Assembly: GCA_028277885.1 (NCBI GenBank)
Contig: JANQFK010000022.1
Location: 1,207-65,206 of the forward strand
Reading direction: 5' to 3'
DNA from: Myxococcota bacterium
Lineage (GTDB): Bacteria > Myxococcota_A > UBA9160 > UBA6930
Length of the DNA: 64,000 bases
This document shows positions 11,439 through 19,800 of the stretch, piece after piece. The notes beneath the pieces are model-generated. The model was not told the origin of the DNA, made no database searches, and worked only from the letters and a program-made list of their open reading frames with translations. The translations under genes and the position numbers were made by a program. Position 1 is the stretch's first letter. Each line of letters opens with the position of its first letter.

Positions 11439-12392
11439 ATGGCCCCTCGCTGGCTGCGCATCCATCTTCCCTTCTTCCTCTCCGCAATCCTGACCGCGAC
11501 GGCTCACGCCGCTCCGATCGCGCCGGACTTCGTCGAGAGCCAGATCGCCACGCCCGACGTCGCCACCGGCGACCTGGTCGTCGTCGGTGACACGCTCTTC
11601 GTCGGGATCGGCCCCTTCCTCGACCAGGCGATCGTCCGCATCGGCCCGGGTGGCACCACGGTGATCGCCGACGGCTTCCAGTCCCTCGCGGGCCTGGCCT
11701 ACGACGCGGTGGGCGACCGGCTCGTGGCCGGCGACAACGTCGAGCAGAACGTCTTCTCCATCGCGTCGCCGTTCGGGAGCTTCGCGAGCCCCGTGGATCG
11801 CGGCACGCCGCTCATCTCCGCGGGCGGCCCGATCCCGGGCATCTCCGACGTGGTGCTCGACCCGGCCGATCCGACCGCGCTCCTCGTCTCGGACGCCGAC
11901 GACGACTTCGTGAGCCCCGACGGCAAGCTCTGGCGGGTCGCGGGAGGCGCAGCCACGGTGCTGCAGTCCGGCTTCGACTTCGCTGCTGGTCTGGCGGCCG
12001 ACGTCGGCGGCCTGTTCCTCGGCGAGTCCGACGCCATCACCTTCGGCGGCACGGTGCTCGGCCTCGCGCCCGACGGCACGGGCACGCCCTCCGTCCTCGC
12101 CTCGGGCCTGCCGGGCCAGTTCGACCTGGAGTTCGACGCCAACGGCGACCTGCTCTCCACCTCGGGGTCCCTGGTCCAGCGCATCGACGCGACCACCGGC
12201 GCCGTGGAGACCCTCGCGACGGGCTTCGTCTTCGCCGCCGGCCTGGCAACGAGCGGCGAGTCGTTCTACGTGATCGAAGGAGGCAGCCCCACCGCCGCGG
12301 TCTTTGCCTTCGATCCCGTTCCCGAGCCTTCGGTGGCGCTGCTGCTCGGGCTGGGTCTGGTCGGCATGGCACGGGTGACGGCGCGCCAATGA
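11439..12392 (+). CDS. PEP-CTERM sorting domain protein with beta-propeller-like repeats
   Basis: Signal peptide ending TAHA; C-terminal VPEPSVALLLGLGLVGMARVTARQ; repeats VIADGFQSLAGLAYD / VLQSGFDFAAGLAAD / VLASGLPGQFDLEFD / TLATGFVFAAGLATS. Confidence 0.88.
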   Translation: MAPRWLRIHLPFFLSAILTATAHAAPIAPDFVESQIATPDVATGDLVVVGDTLFVGIGPFLDQAIVRIGPGGTTVIADGFQSLAGLAYDAVGDRLVAGDNVEQNVFSIASPFGSFASPVDRGTPLISAGGPIPGISDVVLDPADPTALLVSDADDDFVSPDGKLWRVAGGAATVLQSGFDFAAGLAADVGGLFLGESDAITFGGTVLGLAPDGTGTPSVLASGLPGQFDLEFDANGDLLSTSGSLVQRIDATTGAVETLATGFVFAAGLATSGESFYVIEGGSPTAAVFAFDPVPEPSVALLLGLGLVGMARVTARQ

Positions 12393-14389
12393 CCGCCGCC
12401 CGGGCTGCGGCCGGCCTGGCGGCCCTCGTCTTCGCGGCCCCGCTGCTGGCGGAGCCGGCCCCGGAGAGCGAGCCGCCCGTGGTGCGCCGGACCGGACCGG
12501 CCCGGGTCGAGACCGTGGTCCCGAGCGAGCTCCCCGAGGACCCCACCGCGTTCACGACCGTGATCGAGGTGGACGACTTCGAGGCCGAGGCGGCGAGCGT
12601 CGAGGAGCTGCTCGGAGACGCCGTCGGCGTGCAGGTGCGCCGGTTCGGGGGCCCGGGGGAGCGCTCCGAGGTGTCGATCCGGGGCTCTACCTCGTCCCAG
12701 GTCGTCGTGCTCCTCGACGGCGTGCGGCTCAACACCGCACAGTCGGGAACCGTGGACCTCTCCACCGTTCCCCTCTCCCTGCTCGACCGGATCGAGGTCT
12801 CCCGGGGCGGAGGGTCGGTGCAGGCGGGGAGCGACTCCATCGGGGGCGTGATCAACCTGGTCACGCGGCGGCCCGGAGCCGAGACGGAGCGGCGCGTCGA
12901 GGGCAGCGCGGGCTCCTTCAGCACCTGGCAGGGGGCCGCGTTCCACCGCGGCCGCGTCGGCGGCACCGAGCTCGTGGCCGGCGTCGACGGGTTCACGACC
13001 GGCGGCGACTTCGAGTTCCAGCGCGCCTTCGAGACGCTTCCCGGGGGCGGCTCGGCGCCGCGTCTGCCCAATCCCCTCGAACGCATCAACAACCGCTCGC
13101 GCCGCTCCTCGTCCCTGGTCCGCATCGGTCGCGAGCTCGGGGACCGGACCCAGCTCTCGTTCCTGAACCACCTCGCCTACACGAGCCGTGGGCAGCCCGG
13201 ACTCGACAACACGTCGGACGCCGTCGGGGGGCAGCAGCGCGACGCGTGGGAGCGACGAACGCGAGTCGTGTCCTCCCTGCTCCTGGAGCGCTCCGAGCTG
13301 CCGCTCTCGACGATCGGACGCGCGCGCCTGTACCACCGCTGGGAGCGCACCCGCTTCGACGATCCGGCGCCCCAGCTCGGCGGGCCCATCGACACCCTGA
13401 ACCGCAACGGCGCCTTCGGGCTCGACCTCGAGCTCGACGGCTCGTTCCGGACCGGCTGGATCGACCATCGCCCCCGCTTCGTCGGTGCGCTCCGCCGTGA
13501 CACCCTCGACTCGAACGAGTCCGACGACCAGCGGCGCCGCTCGCTGGGGCTCGCCGTCCAGGACGATCTCAGCCTGTTCGGCTCGCGCCTGCGTCTGGTG
13601 CCCGCCCTCCGACTGGACGACACCGAGGGGTTCGGTGCCGAGTACCTTCCACGGATCGGGGTGGCGGTGGAGCTGCTGCCCGGGCTGCGCCTGCTCGCCA
13701 ACGCCGAGCGCTCCTACCGGGCGCCCAACCTCGACGAGCTCTTCTTTCCGGACAAGGGCTTCCTGCGCGGAAACCCGGGGCTGCTTCCGGAAGAGGCGGA
13801 GAACCTCGATGCCGGCCTCCAGCTCGCCCTGGCCCGGCTGGGTCCGCTCGAAGACGTGAACGTCGAGCTCGTCGGCTTCCGCAACGAGATCGAGAACTCG
13901 ATCGTCTTCGTCCTGGTGAGCTCGGGCACCGTGGCGCCCGTCAACACCGGCGACGCCCGGATCGAAGGACTCGAGGTCTCGCTCTCCTTCGGCGTGGCGG
14001 GCTGGATTCGGGTCGCCGCCAACTACACCGACCTCGACGCCGAGCTGAGCTCGCTGGGCACGCCGCTGCCCGGCCGCGCGGACCGGGAGGCCTCGGTGCG
14101 GGTCGAGCTGGGGCCGCCCTCGGGCGTGCTGCGCCTGACCGGCGAGCTCCGGCACACGGGCGAGATCCCGGTGAGCTTCTCGGGGCTCACGGCGCTCTCG
14201 GACCGGACCGTCTACGACGCCAGCATCGTCGCCGACCTCACCCGCTTCGCCCCGCGGCTCGGATTGGAGCTGCGGTCCCTGCTGCTCTCCTTCGGTGGCC
14301 GGAACCTCACGGATCGGGCCGTGCGGGACGCCCAGTTCTTCCCCCAGCCGGGCCGCTCGCTCTTCCTGGGCTTCCAGGTGGGCTTCTGA
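12389..14389 (+). CDS. btuB: TonB-dependent receptor, probable cobalamin transporter (BtuB-like)
   Basis: Plug motifs SIRGS, VVVLLDGVRLN, RIEVSRGGGS, GGVINLVT; SYRAPNLDELF; terminal Phe. Substrate is inferred from the riboswitch. Confidence 0.85.
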   Translation: MTAARAAAGLAALVFAAPLLAEPAPESEPPVVRRTGPARVETVVPSELPEDPTAFTTVIEVDDFEAEAASVEELLGDAVGVQVRRFGGPGERSEVSIRGSTSSQVVVLLDGVRLNTAQSGTVDLSTVPLSLLDRIEVSRGGGSVQAGSDSIGGVINLVTRRPGAETERRVEGSAGSFSTWQGAAFHRGRVGGTELVAGVDGFTTGGDFEFQRAFETLPGGGSAPRLPNPLERINNRSRRSSSLVRIGRELGDRTQLSFLNHLAYTSRGQPGLDNTSDAVGGQQRDAWERRTRVVSSLLLERSELPLSTIGRARLYHRWERTRFDDPAPQLGGPIDTLNRNGAFGLDLELDGSFRTGWIDHRPRFVGALRRDTLDSNESDDQRRRSLGLAVQDDLSLFGSRLRLVPALRLDDTEGFGAEYLPRIGVAVELLPGLRLLANAERSYRAPNLDELFFPDKGFLRGNPGLLPEEAENLDAGLQLALARLGPLEDVNVELVGFRNEIENSIVFVLVSSGTVAPVNTGDARIEGLEVSLSFGVAGWIRVAANYTDLDAELSSLGTPLPGRADREASVRVELGPPSGVLRLTGELRHTGEIPVSFSGLTALSDRTVYDASIVADLTRFAPRLGLELRSLLLSFGGRNLTDRAVRDAQFFPQPGRSLFLGFQVGF

Positions 14390-15966
14390 TGCGGCGCTGG
14401 GGAGCGTGCGTCGGGATCGCGACGACGTCCCTGCTGCTGGTCGCGGGGTCCTGCGGCGGCGGCAGCGGCAGCGGGGGGCGCGGCAGCGTCGACCGCTCCG
14501 GAAGCGTCGGCGGCCCCGACGGGGTGGCGTGCACGCTGCTGCCGGGGATCTTTCCACCGGGCCTCGACTTCGTACCGGGCCTGCCCGACCGGCTCGTGGC
14601 TGCGAACCTCTCGCCGGCCGGCCTGTTTCCCTTCGAAGCCACGTCGCCGCCGGTGGTCTCGGCGCCGGGGGCCCCGCAGATCCCGCCCGACAGCGACGGG
14701 GACGGGCTGCCCGACTTCCTCGCCCCCGTGCTCGACGGGGTGCTGGCCGTGAACCCCGACCTCGCGCTGCTCACGGCCAGCACGAACGAGCAGGTGCTGT
14801 TTGTCGACCCCGAGAGCGGCGAGCTGCGCTTCTTCGAGATCGAGGTGCCGGCCGGATTCGACCCCGACGCCTACCGCTTCCTCCCGGCCCCGGGGACCAG
14901 CGCCTTGCGGACCGCGGTCTCGACCCGGGCCTGCGTGCCCCTTCCGCCCGGCGCCGTGGACTCCGCCGGCGACCCCTTCGCGGGCTCCGCGGATTGCGCC
15001 CCCGGTCGTGTCTCGACGAGCTTCACCTCGGGCGTCGCCGTCGCCGCGGGGCGGCTCTTCGTCTCCACCTCGAACCTGGGCGCCCGCCAGGGCGCAGCGG
15101 ACACGCAGTTCCTGCCCGGCACGGTGCTGGTGTTCGAGCTGGACCTGGGTCTCGACCCGCCGCGGGTGCGCCCCGACCCGGCGGCGCCCTTTCTCCTCAC
15201 GACGGCCTTCAACCCGACCCACGTGACCCGCGTGGTGACGCCGGGCGGGCGCGAGCTCGTCCTCGTCACCCTCTCCGGCGCGTTGGGGCTGATCCTCGAC
15301 GACCCCGGCACGCCGCAGCTCGAGGCGGGCGGCATCCCCCTCAGCGACGCGGCGATCGACGTGATCGACCCCGCGACGCTGGAGCCGATCGCGACGATCC
15401 CCCTCGGCCTGGCGGCTCCGTCCTTCGACCGGCTGGCGGTGGACCCGAGCGGTCGCGTCGCCTTCACGGGAGGCAACGCGGCGCGGGAGCTCTTCGCGGT
15501 GGATCTGGCCGCCCTCGACTTGGCACCCACGACGGGTCCGCCGGCGGTGCTCGACGGGACGGATCCCCGCGCGAGCAACGCCGACGCACGGATCTTCGAC
15601 GCGACCCGACCGCTCGCGATCCCCGGGATCGCGGGCGGCGCTCCGCCCGAGACCTGCGCGGGATTCGTCACCAGCACCGCCTTCGACGCCGTGGGCGGCG
15701 AGCTCTTCGCACTCGACTTCTGCGACGGGACCCTCGCCCGGGTGAGCGTGGACCTCTCGGGCGCTCCGCCGGTCCCCGTGCCGGGCGACCGCTTCGTGGT
15801 GGACCGGGTGGTTCCCGTGGCCGCGCCCGTGGGTGCGGGCTCCCTGGGCCTCTCCCGAGCCCCGGGAGCGCTGCGCGTCCGCCCGGGCCCGGGTCAGCCG
15901 GACCTCTTCTTCCTCCTGAGCCTCGAGGAGGGGCAGCTGTGCGCCGCCGACAGCACCTCGCTCTGA
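14389..15966 (+). CDS. Lipoprotein with YncE-like beta-propeller (candidate surface B12-binding lid)
   Basis: Lipobox-like LLVAGSC then a Gly/Ser linker; DSDGDG loop; blades AIDVIDPATLEPIATIPLG and RLAVDPSGRVAFTG. ATG overlaps the receptor stop. Confidence 0.7.
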   Translation: MRRWGACVGIATTSLLLVAGSCGGGSGSGGRGSVDRSGSVGGPDGVACTLLPGIFPPGLDFVPGLPDRLVAANLSPAGLFPFEATSPPVVSAPGAPQIPPDSDGDGLPDFLAPVLDGVLAVNPDLALLTASTNEQVLFVDPESGELRFFEIEVPAGFDPDAYRFLPAPGTSALRTAVSTRACVPLPPGAVDSAGDPFAGSADCAPGRVSTSFTSGVAVAAGRLFVSTSNLGARQGAADTQFLPGTVLVFELDLGLDPPRVRPDPAAPFLLTTAFNPTHVTRVVTPGGRELVLVTLSGALGLILDDPGTPQLEAGGIPLSDAAIDVIDPATLEPIATIPLGLAAPSFDRLAVDPSGRVAFTGGNAARELFAVDLAALDLAPTTGPPAVLDGTDPRASNADARIFDATRPLAIPGIAGGAPPETCAGFVTSTAFDAVGGELFALDFCDGTLARVSVDLSGAPPVPVPGDRFVVDRVVPVAAPVGAGSLGLSRAPGALRVRPGPGQPDLFFLLSLEEGQLCAADSTSL

Positions 15967-16880
15967 TCGCGTCCGGCCTGCTCGGGCTCGTGGCCCTGCC
16001 GGTGCTCGACGTCCCGGCGTCCCGGTCGGAACGCCCGCCGGCCGGCGATGGCCCGGGGAGCGCGGGGCGGGAGCCGCCCCATGTTCCGGCTGCCTCCGGC
16101 CCGTCGCGTGCGTCGCCTGCCACGCCGGGCGACCCGGCTGCCCGCGCACCGGTGCGATCGACCTCCGTCGGCGCCGCCCGGGAGGTGGCGCGGCCCGCCG
16201 AAGCGGTTGCGGGGGCCGAGGTTCGCGGCGTTGCGGCGCCGGACCCGGGAAGACCCGGCTCCTCGGCGGGGGCGCCGCAGCTCGACGCCATCGTGGCCGA
16301 CCCGGGTGCGCTCACGGTGCGCGTCACCGGCGTCGATCCGCGCGCGCCGCGGCTCCTCGATCTCTGGCACGTCCGGGAGGATCCGGTCCGTCGCATGACG
16401 CTCGGCGGTCCGGTGGAGATCCGCCACGCGGTCGGCCTCGCCGCGCGCGGCTGGAGCGACTCCTCGGGAGAGATCCACTTCCCTCCGGTGCCGGTCGCCC
16501 CGGGATCCGTGCGCTTCGCGGCCGCACCCGAGGGCGTTCATCCCCTGGCGGCGCCGGCCTCGCCGCTCCAGGGCGTGACGCGCCCCGCGCCCGAGCCCCC
16601 CGGCTTCGAGGTTCTCGAGCAGGGCGGCGGAGAGGTGCGTCTCAGGGTCTCGCCACGGGAGCCGGGCGGGCGCGTCGTCGTCGCCGACTCCGCCCTCGAG
16701 CCCCACGCCGTGGAGGCGCTCCCGGCGGGCCCGGGCCCCCGGCCGCTCGTCTTCGAGGTGGACCTCGCGCTCGGCCCGCGGGCCCACTCGCTGTTTCTGG
16801 CCCAGGAACGTCCGGACGGACAGCGCTCGAGCTGGGCGCGCGTCGCACTGGACCTCGACTCCAAGGAGGAGAAACCATGA
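15939..16880 (+). CDS. Hypothetical exported/membrane-anchored protein (Pro/Ala-rich linker plus beta-rich domain)
   Basis: C-terminal part of ORF 14295..16880. GTG 15939 follows GAGGAGGGG; N-terminus RRRQHLALIASGLLGLVAL; stop overlaps the next ATG (ATGA). Confidence 0.65.
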   Translation: MRRRQHLALIASGLLGLVALPVLDVPASRSERPPAGDGPGSAGREPPHVPAASGPSRASPATPGDPAARAPVRSTSVGAAREVARPAEAVAGAEVRGVAAPDPGRPGSSAGAPQLDAIVADPGALTVRVTGVDPRAPRLLDLWHVREDPVRRMTLGGPVEIRHAVGLAARGWSDSSGEIHFPPVPVAPGSVRFAAAPEGVHPLAAPASPLQGVTRPAPEPPGFEVLEQGGGEVRLRVSPREPGGRVVVADSALEPHAVEALPAGPGPRPLVFEVDLALGPRAHSLFLAQERPDGQRSSWARVALDLDSKEEKP

Positions 16881-17929
16881 AGGCCCTTCCCACCATCGGA
16901 GCCCTCGCTGGCCTCGCCGTCGCGCTCCTCGGCGCCAACTGCACGCCCGCGAAGCCCCGGATCAAGCCCGTCGAGCCCGCCGTCGGCTCCACCGTCACCT
17001 GGGCACCGATCGACGTGGTGTTCGACCTGGCCCAGAGCGTCGACGTCGGCACGCTCCTCGTCGAGCTCAACGGAACGGACGTGACCGGCTTCTTCCAGGT
17101 CGGGCCCCCCGTCGGTGGGCGCATCCTCGTGAGCGCCGACCGGCTCTGGCTGGACGGGGCCCTCCTGCAGGGACCGAACGTCGTCCGGCTCGAGGCCCGC
17201 TTCAACGGCAACGTCGTCTCGAGGAGCGTCCCCTTCGAGGCCGAGGGCGACGCCTACGCCGATGCGCTGGTCCAGTACACCGCGGGGAGCGGCGGGGGGT
17301 TCGGGGCGAGCGGCCTGCCCGACGTCGTGACGGGCCCGCCCTCGGGTGCGGGCTACTTCCAGGGCTCGTTCGACGTGGTGTCCCTCGGCCTCGGGGGCTC
17401 CATCGAGCTCGAGTTCGTCGACAACGTGGTCGTGGATGGCCCGGGCTTCGACCTCACGATCTTCGAGAACGCCTTCCTCACCCTCCTGGGCCTGATCACC
17501 GACTCGGTGTTCAGCGAGCCGGGGCGGGTGCTGGTGAGCCAGGACGGGGTGGGCTGGGTGGCGTTCCCCTGTGCGCTCGACGTCCTCGAGCATCCCCTCT
17601 ACCCCGGCTGCGCGGGCGTCTACCCCGTGTTGTCGAACGCGCTGTATCCCGCGACGGGCCACGCGTCGATTCCGAGTGAGACGCCCGTCGACGATCTGCT
17701 CGGAGTCGATGCCACCACCCTGGTGCCCGAGGGCTCCGGTGGAGACAGCTTCGACCTCGCCGACGTGGGCCTCACCTGGGCGCGCTTCGTCCGGATCGAG
17801 GCGGCTCCCTTCGTGGTCGGTCCCGTGGGCGCCGATACCGCGGGCTTCGACCTCGACGCCGTCGTGGCGGCGCGCTCCGCCCCGGCGACGGACCTGAACG
17901 GCAACGGCATCCCGGACGCGGTCGAGTAG
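16877..17929 (+). CDS. Cell-surface lipoprotein: Ig-like domain plus BtuH-like domain
   Basis: LLGANC lipobox; VSLGLGGSIELEF...DGPGFDLTIFENAF...SEPGRVLVSQDG...GGDSFDLADVG...RFVRI...GFDLDAV. The resemblance to BtuH-type domains is from recall. Confidence 0.7.
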   Translation: MKALPTIGALAGLAVALLGANCTPAKPRIKPVEPAVGSTVTWAPIDVVFDLAQSVDVGTLLVELNGTDVTGFFQVGPPVGGRILVSADRLWLDGALLQGPNVVRLEARFNGNVVSRSVPFEAEGDAYADALVQYTAGSGGGFGASGLPDVVTGPPSGAGYFQGSFDVVSLGLGGSIELEFVDNVVVDGPGFDLTIFENAFLTLLGLITDSVFSEPGRVLVSQDGVGWVAFPCALDVLEHPLYPGCAGVYPVLSNALYPATGHASIPSETPVDDLLGVDATTLVPEGSGGDSFDLADVGLTWARFVRIEAAPFVVGPVGADTAGFDLDAVVAARSAPATDLNGNGIPDAVE

Positions 17930-17932
17930 GCC

Positions 17933-18382
17933 CTAGCGGGGAGCGTCGATCTCGAAGCGGATGGGGACCTCGATGCGTCCGTAGACCGCCGGGAAGGGGC
18001 CGGCCCGGCTCACGGCACGCAGGGCCGCCCGATCCAGCGCGGGCGAGCCCGAGGAGCGCTCGATGCGGACGTCCCGCGCGTGGCGTCGGCCGTCGAGAGC
18101 GAAGCCCACGATCGCCTCGCCCTCGACGCCTCGGTGGCGGGCGAGGCTCGGGTACTCGAGGGCGCCTTCGACTCGACGCCGGATCTCGTCGAGGCGGTCG
18201 GCGAGGGGCCGGCCCGCAGGGACGGCATCCATGACCGGGGGCCGGGCCGGCACGTCGACGGGACGGACCGACGGCTCCGTGGGCTCCGCTGGGGTCGCGC
18301 ACGCGAGGGCCAGGCCAGCACCCATGCCGATCCCTGCGGCGAGGACCGCGAGCCGGCCACGGTGGGAGTCACGGACCCTCAA
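17933..18382 (-). CDS. Short TonB C-terminal domain (energy transducer TonB family) protein
   Basis: YPSLARHRGVEGEAIVGF...RSSGSPALDRAALRAV...VPIRF; probable TTG start overlapping the aminotransferase stop. Confidence 0.82.
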   Translation of the reverse strand: MRVRDSHRGRLAVLAAGIGMGAGLALACATPAEPTEPSVRPVDVPARPPVMDAVPAGRPLADRLDEIRRRVEGALEYPSLARHRGVEGEAIVGFALDGRRHARDVRIERSSGSPALDRAALRAVSRAGPFPAVYGRIEVPIRFEIDAPR

Positions 18383-19503
18383 CCGGCAGCCCCAACCCGC
18401 TCGGCCCGCAGGGCCGCGAGCAGGCGCTCCACGTTCTCCACCCGGGCGTTCTCGCCCATCAGCCCCACCCGCCAGATCGCGCCGGCGAGCTTGCCGAGGC
18501 CGCCGCCCACCTCGATGCCGTGCTCCGTGAGGAGCCGCCGGCGCAGCGCCGCCTCGGGCGCACCGCACAGGGCCTCGGGCAGCCGCAGGGTGGTGAGCAT
18601 CGGCAGGCGGATCGCCTCGGGCACCAGGGGCTCGAAGCCCAGCGGAGCGACGCCCTCGAGGAGCGCACCGGCGGCCTCGCGGTGGCGTGCGGCCCGTGCC
18701 TCGAGGCCCTCCTCGCCGACCAGGCGCAGCCCCTCGAGCAGCGCGTAGATCGCCGAGATGGGTGCGGTGTGGTGGTAGACGCGCTCGCCGCCGAAGTAGC
18801 CGGCCAGCAGGGTGACGTCGAGGTACCAGCTCTGGACCGGTGTCGCGCGCCCGCGCACCCGCTCGACGGCGCGCTCGCTGAAGCTCACCGGGGAGAGGCC
18901 GGGCGGGCAGGAGAGGCACTTCTGGGTGCCGCTGTAGGCCGCGTCCACCCCCCAGGCGTCGAGCTCCACGGGCAGCCCGGAGAGCGAGGTGACGCAGTCG
19001 AGCACCACGAAGGCGTCGACGCCGCGCGCCGCCGCTGCGATCTCCTCGACGGGCTGGTACACCCCCGTCGACGTCTCGGCGTGGACGAGGCTCACCACCG
19101 TGGGCCGCACCCGCTCGATGGCGGAGCCCATCGCGTCGGGGTCGAGGGCGGTGCCGGGCTCGGTCTCGACCCGCGTGACGCGTGCGCCGATGCGCGTCGC
19201 CACGTCGGCCATGCGCTCGCCGAACACGCCCGCCACACCCACCACCACGTCGTCTCCGCGCTCGAGCAGGTTGGCGAGGCAGGCCTCCATGCCGGCGCTG
19301 CCCGTGGCCGAGAGCGGCAGGGTGAACGGGTTGCGCGTGCCGAACAGCGGTCGCAGCCGCTCCTGGACCTCGTCCATCAGCGCCAGGAACGCGGGGTCCA
19401 GGTGACCGAGCAGGGGCTGGGCCATGGCGCGCCGCACGCGCTCGGGCACGTTCGACGGGCCCGGGCCCAGGAGCAGGCGGGCGGGCAGGGTGGGGCTCGA
19501 CAT
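18379..19503 (-). CDS. Alanine-glyoxylate / serine-pyruvate aminotransferase (class V PLP enzyme)
   Basis: LLLGPGPSNV, VHAETSTGV, DCVTS, SGTQKCLSCPPG, YHHT. Confidence 0.93.
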   Translation of the reverse strand: MSSPTLPARLLLGPGPSNVPERVRRAMAQPLLGHLDPAFLALMDEVQERLRPLFGTRNPFTLPLSATGSAGMEACLANLLERGDDVVVGVAGVFGERMADVATRIGARVTRVETEPGTALDPDAMGSAIERVRPTVVSLVHAETSTGVYQPVEEIAAAARGVDAFVVLDCVTSLSGLPVELDAWGVDAAYSGTQKCLSCPPGLSPVSFSERAVERVRGRATPVQSWYLDVTLLAGYFGGERVYHHTAPISAIYALLEGLRLVGEEGLEARAARHREAAGALLEGVAPLGFEPLVPEAIRLPMLTTLRLPEALCGAPEAALRRRLLTEHGIEVGGGLGKLAGAIWRVGLMGENARVENVERLLAALRAERVGAAG

Positions 19504-19560
19504 GCCCGCGAGAGTACCCGGCCCGCGCGGCGACGCGCCTCGCGCGTGGAGCCGGGCTGC

Positions 19561-19589
19561 TTGACACCCCCGGGGCCCCTCCGTAGGGT
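19561..19589 (+). promoter_or_regulatory. Sigma70-type promoter TTGACA-N17-TAGGGT
   Basis: Consensus -35 with a 17-nt spacer, upstream of the small ORF-dgt-cutA operon. Confidence 0.7.
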
Positions 19590-19647
19590 CTTCCGCGTTC
19601 CCCCGCCTCATCCCCCACCCGGCCGGTCTGCAGGAGATCCCCCTCGC

Positions 19648-19800
19648 GTGAGGCGCTGGCTCGCAGTCTCCCTCGCCCTCGTCGTCGCACTGGGTGCCGC
19701 CTACGTGCTGGCCACGAGCGGCGCCCACCAGCACGCGCCGGAGATCGACGAGGCCTCGCGCCGCAAGCTGGTCGAGGTGCTGAGGGACGAGTCCCCGTGA
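19648..19800 (+). CDS. Small (50 aa) single-TM hypothetical protein
   Basis: AGGAG upstream of GTG; MRRWLAVSLALVVALGAAYVLATSGAHQHAPEIDEASRRKLVEVLRDESP; stop overlaps the dgt start (GTGA). Confidence 0.65.
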   Translation: MRRWLAVSLALVVALGAAYVLATSGAHQHAPEIDEASRRKLVEVLRDESP

